Origin: Eledone cirrhosa
Taxonomy: Eukaryota
Length of the DNA stretch: 64,000 nt
Direction: 5' to 3'
Assembly (NCBI GenBank): GCA_964016885.1
Contig: OZ024758.1
Location: forward strand, 39,928,001 to 39,992,000
Shown here: positions 1-12,700 of the stretch, one piece after another
How the letters are laid out: each line of letters starts with the position of its first letter
Numbering within the stretch: position 1 is the first letter of the stretch
The notes under the pieces: generated by a model
Databases searched by the model: none
What the model saw: only the letters and a program-made list of their open reading frames with translations
Told to the model about the DNA's origin: nothing
Position numbers and translations under genes: made by a program

Positions 1-62
1 TAAAGACATGTTTTCCAATTCCACCCCGTCCGTTCCCTCAATCTATCTTATTTCTCATTCTT

Positions 63-98
63 TCTTCTGATGAAGGACTAGCGTCCGAAGCGTTAAGA
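63..98 (+). ncRNA. Minimal type-I hammerhead ribozyme motif, probably inactivated (GAAA>GAAG)
   Basis: tctt-CTGATGA-a-ggac(tagc)gtcc-GAAG-cg-TT-aaga. Stem I tctt/aaga, stem II ggac/gtcc, core box intact, one substitution at A15.1. Confidence 0.5.
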
Positions 99-189
99 CC
101 TTCTTCCTGCTATATCAAGCGTTAACCTAATATATTCCTTCCATATACTGTACCGATTGTGTTGTTATTTCTGTTTACCTTTTACATAC

Positions 190-260
<71 letters not shown>

Positions 261-312
261 TGTTCGGAGAAATCGTTAAGAGAAAATAGATGAAATAAAA
301 CGTTCTACGCTA

Positions 313-381
<69 letters not shown>

Positions 382-532
382 ATACTGTTGGCTTCTTGCT
401 ACAATACTTTCTATAACTTTCATTTATATATATATATTTGCTCTAGGGTTCTTATATATTTGATATATATTTATCCCTATCGAGCCCTCTTTGGATTTTA
501 GTCTTCACATTTATTATTATTACTATTATTAT

Positions 533-573
<41 letters not shown>

Positions 574-614
574 GGAAAAATTTGAACAGGGACAAAACAG
601 AGAGGCAGTACAAC

Positions 615-665
<51 letters not shown>

Positions 666-765
666 CACACATACATACACACATATGTATGTCGCCTTCA
701 CAATGATAGCGTAGAATATATGTCTCTACTCTCTCATGAGATTTGATTGTATAGATGCACATATG

Positions 766-854
<89 letters not shown>

Positions 855-1125
855 ATACAATTATGACCAGTTACTGGGACGGGCGTGTATGACTAATCTA
901 CACCATGAAAGTATGTGACATTGTTTTATCCATTTCAAAAGATTTCTCCTCCAGATAATTCGTAGGATTGGCTTAAAATCTGGTGTTTTTCGCCTCGCCC
1001 CAGTCTTTATAATCCGGACATAGGCTATCAACAAATTAGACAATTATCTTTATAATTTCTTAGTATCACTTAAATATTTATAAGAAAACAAGAAGCAACG
1101 ACATTGTTTTTATTTCTGAATCTAA

Positions 1126-1373
1126 CACTTTACAGTGGGCTGGGTGCTTATTGTCATGACACCTACACGACCACTTTACAGTGTGGGCTGGGTGCTTATT
1201 GTCATGACACCTACACGACCACTTTACAGTGTGGGCTGGGTGCTTATTGTCATGACCACTTTACAGTGGGCTGGGTGCTTATTGTCATGACACCTACATG
1301 ACCACTTTACAGTGAGTGCTGGGTGCTTATTGTCATGACACCTACACGACCACTTTACAGTGAGTGCTGGGTC
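1126..1373. repeat. Minisatellite, 46-48 bp unit, about 5.5 copies
   Basis: cactttacagtg(tg)ggctgggtgcttattgtcatgacacctacacgac starts at 1126, 1172, 1220, 1257, 1303 and 1351. One unit is shortened. Confidence 0.9.
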
Positions 1374-1535
1374 CTTAACTCTTGCCGGAGTCGTAGGGAC
1401 GCCATACTGACACAAACATATTCACACAGTGTGTGTGTTTGTGTGTTGGGGGTTATTTTGGTTGGGGGTGGGGGGGCACTTTAATCATGGTGGTGACCAT
1501 CCTCCTCCAGATTGGAGCAGGGGTCAACATCTTCC

Positions 1536-1575
1536 AGAAAGAAAGAGAGAAAGAAAGAGAGAAGGAAAGAGAGAG

Positions 1576-1606
<31 letters not shown>

Positions 1607-2065
1607 GGAAGTGAGAGAGATGGGGAGGGGAGAGGAAAGGGGTCAGAAAGAGGGAGAGGGACAAAGAGATGGAGAGGAGAAGAGAGGACATGGGACAGAG
1701 AGGAGAGAGTGTAGAAAGAGCGAGAGAGAGAAAGTGGGAAAGCGTGAGAGGGAGAGAGAAGGTGTTAAAAAGGAAGGGAGAAAGAAAAGGAGAGAGAGGG
1801 AATGAGGGAGAGAGAGACAGAAAGAGAGAGAGAAGGAATAAAGAGAGAGAGAGAGAGAGAGATGGAGGTAGAGAAAGGGAGAGAGAAAGAGTGGGAGAGG
1901 GAGAGAGAAAGAAAGAGAGAGTTGGGGATAAAGAGAGAGAGTGAGAGAGTATAAGAGAGATATGGAGGTAGAGAGAGACGGAGAGAGAGAGGTAGAGAGA
2001 GATAGAGAGAGAGAGGTTGAGAGAGAGAGAGAACGATAGAGGTAGAGAGAGAGAGAAAGAGGGAG
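1536..2065. repeat. Degenerate (GA)n/(GAAA)n polypurine tract
   Basis: Almost entirely purine on the + strand. Confidence 0.9.
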
Positions 2066-2166
2066 AATGACGTGGTTGTGACGTAAATCACAAAACTGAT
2101 TTGAATTTTAATTTCCAATTTTCTGATGGCTTTACATGTTACAAAATAACATGTAACATATACTAC

Positions 2167-2199
<33 letters not shown>

Positions 2200-2346
2200 C
2201 ACTACTACTGCTACTACCACTACTACTAGTAGTAGTAGTATATGTTACATGTTATTTTGTAACATGTAAAGCCATCAGAAAATTGGAAATTAAAATTCAA
2301 ATCAGTTTTGTGATTTACGTCACAACCACGTCATTCTCTCTTTCTC
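2051..2346. repeat. Near-perfect inverted repeat (about 118-bp arms) around an (ACT)n spacer
   Basis: gagaatgacgtggttgtgacg...catgtaacatatactactact is mirrored by agtagtagtatatgttacatg...cgtcacaaccacgtcattctc. Confidence 0.9.
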
Positions 2347-2766
2347 GCTACTAGTAGTAGCATTAGCAGCAGTAGTAGTTGTAGTAGTAGTAGTAGTAGT
2401 AGCAGTAGCAGTAGTAGTAGTAGTAGTTTCTGATATGATTTCTATCACGTTATAAACAACATAGTATGAAGCCATATAGCAATGGACGCCAGTGCTGTGA
2501 CGTCATACATGTTTTTAATCAGTGAAATGAAAGGTCTCACACCACAGAACTAAAGTCGGGGAATTCCTTCAGAAGAGGGGTGGTCAGGAGTGAACAGCGT
2601 CGGCCAATGATTGAAGAAACCAAACAAAAGCAATTGGAGACAACTTAAGATTGTTTCTAAAAAGAAAATGGAATAAACAATTTCGTTTTTGAATTTGTTT
2701 TGCAAGATATATATATACATATATTACAAATATACCCATTTATTAATATCATTGATATATATATAA

Positions 2767-2886
<120 letters not shown>

Positions 2887-3056
2887 CATAGTCACTATTC
2901 TAAAACTCATAGTGAATGGTCTTCTAAATGCTTTTTAATTAAACATACAGTATATTGCCAAATATACTGTACATACATTTGTATAAATATATGTATTTAT
3001 TTATTACATATATAGCTGTATAAACATATACCCCCCCCCCCATATATATATAATAA

Positions 3057-3271
3057 AGGAACGATCGACTTTCGTCAAATCGGACCGAGGGAACAATGTT
3101 TCCGTTGGTCTTTCCAATTGCTAATACTATCTATCGGTCGCCACTCCAGGTAGACGGAGCAACGTGAAATAAAGTGTCTTGCTCAAGGACATAACGCATC
3201 GCCTGGTCCAGGAATCGAACTCACAACCTTACGATTGCGAACCCAATTCTCTAACCACTCAGCCACACGCC
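3057..3271 (-). mobile_element. tRNA-derived SINE with a CORE-like central domain
   Basis: Minus strand: A box TGGCTGAGTGG, B box GAGTTCGATTCC, then tgtccttgagcaagacactt resembling the CORE-SINE domain. Confidence 0.75.
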
Positions 3272-3284
3272 TATATTCTATTCT

Positions 3285-3362
3285 ATTCTAAGGCGGGTAA
3301 AATTCCCGAGATCCATGGACGAGTTCTCTCCAGCGGTCTCTGTCCCTCATTATCGCTGCCAT
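3285..3362 (-). mobile_element. 3'-terminal fragment of an RTE-clade LINE
   Basis: Matches 41166-41242; minus strand encodes [24 protein letters not shown]. Confidence 0.6.
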
Positions 3363-3423
3363 AGTAATAATAAATTTGTAATAATAAATTTGAAGACTAA
3401 AATCCAAAGAGGGCTCGATAAGG

Positions 3424-3501
<78 letters not shown>

Positions 3502-3502
3502 T

Positions 3503-4292
3503 AATTTAAAGCAGATGTGCATTGTAGCAATCCAGCCCCTGAACACGGGTCCGAAGCCTGCCGCCTCGAGCACCGCATCCAGGTCACGATGGTCAACCCT
3601 ATCTAAAGCCTTAGACTGATCCAAGTTGATCAGGGCCTCACCGAAGCCGGGTTTACACCCTACCCTCTCTATGATGTATCGCGTGAGGTGGAGGTTGTCG
3701 TGTATGGACCTGGTCGGGATTGCGCATGTCTGCGCTTCTCCCACCAGGTTCTCGACGACAAGCGCCAGCTTCTTTGCCAACACCTTGGCCAAAATCTGTA
3801 ACTCTGTGTTTAGCAGAGTTATGGGCCGGAAGTTGCCAATGTCATCCCCCTTATTCTCGTCCTTCCTGACTAGTGTGATTACGCCCCCGGTCACAGAACT
3901 GGGAATTCTCCCGTTCTGTCGCCAGGAGACCGGAGAAATAGTCCGGCATTGCTACGTAAAATTCGTAGGGTAGACCATCGAAACCTGTAGATTTGTGTTT
4001 GCCGCATTGGCTCAACGCGTCCCCTATCTCAGCGGCTGAAATCGGCTTTTCGCAGAACTTTGCCTCGCTGTCCGAGAGTCGCGGTAGGCCGTCGAGGTAT
4101 GGACCGAAATCCATAGCCCCTCCCGGCGCGCCGCCCTGCCCGAACATCTGAGCAAAGTGCCGCTGAAAGGCCGCACACATCTGCTTCGGCTCACGTATCA
4201 CGCGTTCGTTTTGGTCCTTCAAAGACCGAATCGTGGACTTGTTGCCACTTTTTTGCCTCCGTCACTCGGGCCCAGCTAACAGCTTTGGCTCT
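3503..4292 (-). pseudogene. Tx1/L1-clade ORF2 internal fragment (RT N-terminal region), frameshifted
   Basis: AKAVSWARVTEA...FRPITLLNTELQILAKVLA...INLDQSKALDRVDH is collinear with the 9790-13227 ORF2. The 5' end abuts the (TCTA)n tract at 4293-4340. Confidence 0.9.
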
Positions 4293-4339
4293 AAATAGAT
4301 AGATAGATAAATAAATAGATAGATAGATAGATAGATAGA

Positions 4340-4727
4340 TATATTTCTTTATTAGCCACAGGGGCACAAAAGAAGGGGACAAATACAAAGGGGGAAGTTT
4401 ACATACAATAAAAACGTGTAAAATGTTATCACAGATGGAATTTAAAAGTTAGTCGATTTTCCCCAATAGAGGGAGACAGTTTATATGGGTAACACAGACC
4501 CCCGAAAAAAATGTGCAACCCTCATCTCCAGGAGTACGAAGAGCTTGTACTCCTTTCCTCTCCTCCTCCTTTTCCTCAACCTACAGGCTGATATAGAGAG
4601 AAGGCCCATTCACTCGGGCCATTCTCGCCACTTTCACCCACCTTTCATAAAACTTGCTGGGGTACAGCACCTCTCTCTCCATCCTGATTCTTCTTCCAAA
4701 GTGGTATTTGAAAAAAAGAATCAGTTG
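4340..4727 (-). mobile_element. Tx1/L1-clade 3' end (ORF2 C-terminus, 3'UTR, AATAAA)
   Basis: Encodes FFKYHFGRRIRMEREVLYPSKFYERWVKVARMARVNGPSLYISL*. Ends gtggctAATAAAgaaatatatctatct on the minus strand. Confidence 0.9.
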
Positions 4728-5668
4728 CTTCGTTTTTGTATTTCTTTTGCTAGATTTTTTTATCTGAAAACAAGTATTGAAACAGATATTGTTACACTTT
4801 GGGAGGGTCATGCCGCCATTAGAAACATAAAATCCTGTTAGTTTTCACTTCAATTTATTACAATTTTCCGGTTGGTTGGTTCAATAACCGGATGGTTGTT
4901 TATATATTGTCAAAGCTTTTTTGTCACCTTTTCAGTGACCGATTCGTCACCTCCTCTCTGACCTTCTGTGACCTCCTCAGTGGCTTTTTCGACACACATT
5001 CTGTGATCTCCTCAGTGACTGATTTGTTATTTTCTGTCTCTCCTTTGTTCTGTCCTACACCATCTTGTTCACCATAATTTTGAAATGGATTGACGTACAA
5101 GCGTCCCAAGTTAATTAAAACTCGAATCTGCGTTCTTTCGTTTTAAGTAGACAACACATCTGGTCCCAGGTGGGGCGGTGTTTGTGCTGCGCCCCTCCCC
5201 GCGGACAAAACCGCAAATACGAATTTGTAACAAACCGTAATCCATTAAAGTTCAGTAATACGACTCGCTGAGGTTTGCGCCCTTGGTGACTGTCCACTTA
5301 ACCTTAGAAGTAGCGCCATTCCTGAACACCCAGTTCACCAATAACTGTTCTTTACAACTAGAAACATACATTTCTCTCCTTTCTTCTCCTCTGTTTAAGA
5401 TGTCGCTGCTTACCCGACAAACAGCTAACCAATTAAGAAGTAATAGCTACCTTCATATATTGTTGTTAAACAGGTTATATCGACGTTTCAGCATTTCACG
5501 GTGTGGTTCCGCTTTAATGTAGCGACACTGACGTAATCCTGCTGCACTCTAGCATTGTTTTGCAGCTAAAGTATTATTTCTGTTTTATAAAAAACATTAG
5601 AAACTCAAGCAATTGATTTTTGCTGGCCTGCTTTGTTTGTTTGTTTTTTTCCCTGCCAACCCAACTTA

Positions 5669-6174
5669 TTGAATAATAATTGTTTCTACTTTTGGCACAA
5701 CCCCAGCAATTATCCCAGTGTATTACTGGTACTTTATTTTATCGACCCCGTAAGGATGAAAGGTAAAGTTAACCTCGGCGGGATTTGAACTCAGAGTGTA
5801 AAATGCCATAACTCTATGCTGCAAAGCATGGCGTCCGACCCTCTACCGATACTGCCAATCCACCGCATTGAATAATAATTGTTTCTACTTTTGGCACAAC
5901 CCCAGCAATTATCTCAGTGTATTACTGGTACTTTATTTTATCGACCCCGTAAGGATGAAAGGTAAAGTTAACCTCGGCGGGATTTGAACTCAGAGTGTAA
6001 AATGCCATAACTCTATGCTGCAAAGCATGGCGTCCGACCCTCTACCGATACTGCCAATCCACCGCATTGAATAATAATTGTTTCTACTTTTGGCACAAAG
6101 CCAGCAATTACCCCAGTGCATTACTGGTACTTTATTGTATCGACCCCTTAAGGATGAAAGGCAAAGTTAACCTC
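5669..6174 (-). mobile_element. Head-to-tail array of tRNA-derived SINEs (two full 199-bp units plus one 5'-truncated unit)
   Basis: Units start at 5669, 5868 and 6067. A-box-like TGGCAGTATCGG, B box GAGTTCAAATCC. The central cctttcatccttacggggtcgataaaataaagtaccag resembles the Meta-SINE domain (from memory, not searched). Confidence 0.85.
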
Positions 6175-8202
6175 AGGTTTGTTTGGAGGTTTGTATTGTA
6201 GAGCTTGGAATTTGCCAGCATTAAACTGCATGTTGTTTTCTTCCGCCCATTTGTATATGGCATCCAGATCCTGCTGTAAAAGGGCAACGTCAGCCGGGTT
6301 TTTGATTGCCTGTGCTACCTTAGTGTCATCAGCATAGCTAGTGAGGGATGTTGTTGTATGTACTACAGAGGACATGTCTGAGAGAGCCACCAAATACAGT
6401 AGTGGTCCCAGGACTGTCCCCTGGGGCACCCCACTTGTTATCGGTGTTTCCTTTGAGAGGGCCCCATTTGCTGCGACTGCCTGGCTTCTGTCCCTTAGGA
6501 AGCCATGCAACCACTCACCTACTTTTCCAGTTATGCCGAGTCCGTGTAGTTTGTGACATATCATTCCGTGGTCGACCTTGTCAAAGGCCTTCGCAAAGTC
6601 AAGATAGATCACGTCCACATGTGAGCTGTCTAGTAGTTGTCTCAGTACCCAGTCGTAGTGATGTAGCAGCTGTGTAAGGCAGCTTCTTCCTGAGCGGAAG
6701 CCATGTTGCGTGCTAGTCAGGCGGTCATTTTCCTCGAGGAAAGTGATCAGTTTCTTTCTGACGACTCGCTCCATGACCTTACTGATATGCGACGTCAGGG
6801 AGACTGGCCTATAGTGTTTGGCCTCCGCTCTGCTACCTCCTTTATGGATAGGGCATATTGTGCCTTCTTTCAGCTCCCTGGGTAGTACACCGCTAGCCAA
6901 GGAGCTTCTGAAGAGCATCTTCAGTGGAGTTGCTAAGGCCTGCTTACATATTTTTAAGAGAACTGCTGGGAATCCATCAGGTCCAGCAGCCGAGTCTGTT
7001 CTAATTTCATCAATGGCGTACACCACATCCTCCTCCGTTATGTCTATGTGGTTGATGGTTACCATTTCTTCATGTAGTGATGTGGCATCAAAGAACTCCT
7101 CTGGCTTCATTATTTGCATGTGCCTCAGTGGACATGTGAACACACTTTTGTACTGTTCGTTCAGTATTTCACATATCTGTTTGGGGTTTTCGGTTAATGA
7201 ACCGTCCGTATGGAAGAGTGGCCCAATCTTGCAGTGTACTGAGGCAGTTTCTTTTGCAAATTTAAAGAAGGCCTTAGGGTTTGTTTTAATGTTTTCTATG
7301 GCCCTGTTCTCTTTCGTTGCCCTCTCATTCTCATGGGAAAGCTTGAGTGCAATCTCGGTGCCAAGTAATGCACATTTCAAATAGGATTCCTTCTTGTTTT
7401 TGTTTTGTTGACTATTCAACTGGTTTGAGAGTTTGGTTCTACGTCTCATAAGGATTTTCCTATCTCTGGGAATAAGATTTGTGTGTCTGTTGCCTCTTTC
7501 TCCGGGACAAACTTTTTGCATATAGTGTGTATCGTTGTCATGAAGTGTTGAAATTGTGTGTTAGTGTCTTGTGTGGCGGTGTTTTCACTCCATGTTTGTT
7601 TCCGGATTTCACTCTTAATCTTTTTCCAGTTAGCCTTGTAGAAGTTAAGGCTGGATAGCGTCCTGGAGCTTCTTGGTGGTTTTGTCTCCGTTGGTTCTCT
7701 CGGACCACATATCATTAGCTCTACTAAGTTATGATCCGAGAGAATTGTTGGTGTCACCTTTACATTGTGGATGAGCACTTCGTTGTTTGTAAAACAGAGG
7801 TCCAGGACATTTTCGCCTCTTGTTGGGAGGAGTATTGCTTGCTCCATGAACAGCCTGTGTGTGAGGGCCAGCAGGGATTCCGTCTGTCTCTGTTCTATTG
7901 ACGTCATTCCCGGTAGGAGGTGGCCCTCAGGCCATTTGACCTTTGGTAGGTTGAAGTCTCCCAGCAGTAGAATGTTGAGACCCTGGTCCAGTTTGTCAAG
8001 GACCTCTTCTATTCTACTTAGGCTATCCTCAAATTTACCCTCGTGACTGGGGGCATCGGGCGGCGCATATTACTGTCTGTAGTTGCTTCATATGTACTAT
8101 CAGTGTGTCACAGACTGAGTTTGAATGTGCCAACAGTACAATTGGTGTGACATCTTCACGGATATACAGAGCAACCCCACCATGAGTTCTCTCCTTCCTG
8201 TC

Positions 8203-8205
<3 letters not shown>
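6175..8205 (-). pseudogene. CR1/L2-group LINE ORF2 (APE endonuclease + RT), frameshifted and truncated at both ends
   Basis: GGVALYI, LDLCFTN and SDH (EN); AAGPDG, YRPVSLTS, QHGFRSGRSC, YLDFAKAFDKVDH, GVPQGTVLGPLL and YADD (RT). Spread over ORFs 8035-8271, 7446-7907 and 6148-7521. Confidence 0.92.
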
Positions 8206-8270
<65 letters not shown>

Positions 8271-8384
8271 AGATAAGCAGAACAAGTAAAATTCAACCAA
8301 TTTTTCAAAATAAATCAAAATTAATTTACAATTAAAATTAATCAAAATTAAAAAATATAATATAAATATTTACCTATTCAGATA

Positions 8385-8466
8385 GCCCTAACTGTACAGT
8401 TTCCCGTTGCAAAACATTAGATATCACATGGATATTAATGGAAAAGCAAAGATCATCAGAGAAGCA
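8385..8466 (-). ncRNA. Type-I hammerhead ribozyme motif with extended stem II
   Basis: Minus strand gcttct-CTGATGA-t-ctttgc...cattaatatc(catgt)gatatctaatg...gcaacgg-GAA-ACTGTACAGT-T-agggc. Stem III is palindromic; stem I is weak. Confidence 0.6.
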
Positions 8467-8620
8467 TTTTCCTTTCCTAGGTTTAAAAACCCAGGAACGA
8501 TAAAAAATATATGACCACACTCCAACTAATACAGGTCTGAAAGGTCGTGAAAGTGACCCATAAATACGTTGGTGTATAGTGAAGGCGGGAAATCGTAGAC
8601 TTGTTGTCTATGATCGCTAC

Positions 8621-8657
<37 letters not shown>

Positions 8658-8733
8658 TAGCAGCTAGATAGAACGACAGAATTTTTCTCCACAAAATTGG
8701 AGAATAATGAATAAGGTTAATATATATCTGAGG

Positions 8734-8773
<40 letters not shown>

Positions 8774-8803
8774 AGATCAAAAGATGGTTAAAAGAGTTTC
8801 ATG

Positions 8804-8874
8804 TATTTTATTATGCGCATTTCAAAAACAAAAATCTTCATGCAATAACATTTGCGTTTTCGTCAGATAAAATA
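8804..8874 (-). ncRNA. Type-I hammerhead ribozyme
   Basis: Reverse-complement copy of the 8971-9041 motif. Confidence 0.75.
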
Positions 8875-8970
8875 GGGAGACATGATACGAAGGTTAAAAC
8901 ACACTTGTGAATAGTTGATTTAAGAGTGCACTATTCACAAGTGTGTTTTAACCTTCGTGTCATGTCTCCC

Positions 8971-9041
8971 TATTTTATCTGACGAAAACGCAAATGTTAT
9001 TGCATGAAGATGTTTGTTTTTGAAATGCGCATAATAAAATA
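8971..9041 (+). ncRNA. Type-I hammerhead ribozyme
   Basis: tattttat-CTGACGA-a-stem II-GAA-ATGCGCAT-A-ataaaata. Perfect 8-bp stem I, palindromic stem III, AUA cleavage triplet. Confidence 0.8.
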
Positions 9042-9164
9042 CATGAAACTCTTTTAACCATCTTTTGATCTTATATATTATTTATACTCCAGTCCTACAA
9101 ACTGTAGAGTGCTTCTTATCCGATATCTGCATTGCTTTATTGTACTACAATAAAACTCACCTCC

Positions 9165-9286
<122 letters not shown>

Positions 9287-9300
9287 TATATGTGTATGTA

Positions 9301-9425
<125 letters not shown>

Positions 9426-9476
9426 GGGGAGAGAGGGAGAAGATGGATCACAAGATACGTAAACAGATTGACAAAC

Positions 9477-9515
<39 letters not shown>

Positions 9516-9789
9516 TAAATAGATAAGTTTCTTTTATTTGCCACTAGGGCATCAAAAGTGGGACAAGTACAAAGGGGGGAGTTTACACAAAAAGGCGTCC
9601 TCAATAAGGAGGAGGCAATAACAAAATATAAAAATAAAATAAGATATAACAAAAAATAAAATTTTTAACAAAATCCTCAATAGAGAGGAGGCGCCTTGGG
9701 GGGTCGCACACACCCCCGAAAAAAGTGTGCAACCCTTTTCCTCAGGAGCACAGAGAGGGGGTGCTCCCTCGTTCCTTCCTCTTTTCCAC

Positions 9790-12700
9790 CTACAGGCTTA
9801 TGTAAAGAGAAGGCCCATTCACACGGGCCATTCTCGCCACTTTCACCCACCTTTCATAAAAACGACTGGGGTGCAGCACCTCTCTCTCCATCCTGATCCT
9901 TCTTCCGAAATGATATCGGAAGAAACGGACCAGTTGTTGGCCAGAGAGAAAGGTGCCTGACCTCAGTCCTTTCAGACGCGTCCACCATACAACCTCTTTC
10001 GCCATGGCTATTACGCACAGAAACACCGCCTCTGCTTCATCTTTGAAGGGGGGAGGCGGCTTGATCATTACAATAGACTCGGTGGTCAACCGGATCGGTC
10101 CCACCCTTGACAGCAGTTGTTCGACATAGCCCCACAGATCGGCTACGCCCGAGCAGTGTACCAATGCGTGTGCAACGGTTTCCTCGTCGCACACGCATCT
10201 GGGACAGATCTTTTTGGCGGGGTCCCTACCCGGGCGCCCGTGTCTGTAGAGCCTTTCTCGAACGGGTAAAGCCCCTCGGTAGCACTGCCAGGCCAGTGAC
10301 TTCTGGAAGTTGTCCATAGGTCCCGGGCTGAATGTCCTACCGAACAGGCTGGCCAGTTCGTCCTCCTCCATGTCTAGGGCTTCTCCGAGGGCGTCGTCGC
10401 ACCTGCTGTGTACCAGCCCTCTATAGAATGTTGCGGTGGAGTCTCCACTGATAACCGGATCCGCCTGCCAGAGGGCGGTGAGCGCCTGGGCACACTCAGT
10501 GTGCCAGGCGCCCAGTTTTCTCGGTCTTTGCTTGACCCAGGATTGCAGCTCGGTGAGTGAGACGAGTCTGGGAAAGGTTCGTCTCACAAACGAGGCCCAC
10601 ACCGGTTGTCCGGTGAGGAATACGTAGAGGTGCCGTAGCCTTAATGCGTGTTTACGCATCATTAGCCACGGCATCCCCAGCCCTCCTTTCGAAGGGTGTT
10701 GACAGCAGATGGATCTCCTCACCATAGGAGCCCGCCCCTTCCAAAGGAATTGGAAGAGCGCGCGCTCCATCTTGGTGAGGGTTTCCCTTGGGCAGGGCAC
10801 TACGGTCAGGCGGTAGTAGATGACGGACGCTATATAAGTGTTCGCCACCTCCGCCCGACCTTTCAGGGATAGTTTGCAACTGGCCCACTTCTGGGTCAGT
10901 GCAAACACCCTGTTCGTAACCTCCGCCCAGTTTTTCTCCACCTGGAGGTCCGGTCCGAACCAGACCCCGAGCAACTTCACCGGGCCCTCCGTCCAGCGTC
11001 CGACGACGCCATCGGAGGGCATCGGTCTGCCCCTCCACGTGCCGAGTTGCAAACCGATCGACTTGTCCCGGTTCAGCTTAGCCCCTGTGAACTTTTCGTA
11101 CTCCTCCAGTAAGGTGCCGACCGCCTCGATTTCGGAGGCCGTCGACACCATTACTGTCACATCATCGGCGTAGGCCGACACCGCTTTCCGCAATCCCGGT
11201 TCCAAAGGGATGCCCTGCAACAACTCCAACTTCCGCAGTAGTGGCTCGAGAGTCAACACATACAGAAGGGAGGAGAGAGGGCACCCTTGTCGGATGGACC
11301 GCGCGATTTTGAACGGCTCCGAGAGGTAGCCGTTCACCTTGACCCTAGAGCAGATGCGGCTGCTGTGCATAGCAGTGATCCAGCCCCTGAAAACGGGTCC
11401 GAAGCCTGCCGCCGCTAGCACCGCATTCAGGTAACCATGGTCGACCCTATCGAACGCCTTAGATTGATCCAAGTTGATCAGAGCCCCACCAAAGCCGGGT
11501 TCGTTCCCAACCCTCTCTATGATGTATCGCATGAGGTGGAGGTTGTCATGGATGGACCTGGACGGGATAGCGCATGTCTGCGCATCTCCCACCAGGTTGC
11601 CCACGACAAGCGCCAACCTCTTTGCTAGCACCTTGGCCAAAATCTGTAACTCTGTATTTAGCAGAGTTATGGGCCTGAAGTTACTTATTTCGTCCCCCTT
11701 GTTCTCGTCCTTCCTCACTAGCGTGACTACGCCCTTGGTCACAGTACAGGGAATTCTCCCGTTCTGTTGCCAGTTGCAGTAGACCGCCTCGAGGAGATCG
11801 GGGAACAAGTCCGGCATAGCTAGATATAATTCGTAAGGAAGACCATCGAGACCCGGGGATTTGCGTTTGCCGCATTGGCCCAGCACGTCCTCTATCTCAG
11901 CGGCCGAAATCGGCTCCTCGCAAGACTTCGCCTCCCTGTCCGAGAGGCGCGGCAGCCCGTCGAGGTATGGACCGAAGTCCACGTTTCCAACCGGCTCCCC
12001 GCCCCTCCCGAACAGTCGGGCAAAGTGCCTTTGAAAGGCCTCACACATCTGCTTGGGCTCAAGAATCGCCCGTCCATCCAGGTCTCGCAAAGACCGGATG
12101 GTGGATTTAGTTCCACTGTTGGCCTCTGTCACGCGGGCCCAGCTAACAGCTTTGGCCCCCTCGTTCCCTAGAGCACGTATTTTACTTCGGACAACGCAGC
12201 CTTCGTGCTTCGCGTCGAAAAACTGGCTCAAAGCCGTTCTCGACGCTAGCACTCTGGCCACGTCGCCGCTTCTAATTGCCTCTTCTACTCTATCTATTAG
12301 CTCCCTTTCCTTCCTATTCCTATCCGCAGCTAGAACCTTACTAAATTCAATGGAGACTACTCTAATCTCTCTCTTTAGAGATACCCACCACCTGCTGTTG
12401 ACGATCGCTCCAGTCAACCGTTCCTTAACTAACGTACTAATCCGATTCCTGTAGGCTCTACTTGCCGGCAAGGACAAGTTGAGCTTCCAGTAACCGGGGC
12501 CCTGTCTATGCGTTCTATCAAGGTTGACCATGCAGGTCACCAACTTGTGGTCTGAATAGCCAACCATGAGCATTTCTGGACAACTTAAAAAGTCCCTGTC
12601 CTTATTTCTAACTAAAAATCTATCTAGGTACGATCTAGATGATCCGCTGCGATTTGACCAAGACCAGGTTGGCACCGTCGGAAAATCTAGTCGAAATCTA

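Noticed and set aside
9553-9789. Hydrophobic, transmembrane-like extension of ORF1 if this copy were spliced
   Set aside because: T-rich UTRs translate as hydrophobic by default, and other copies stop immediately after the acceptor
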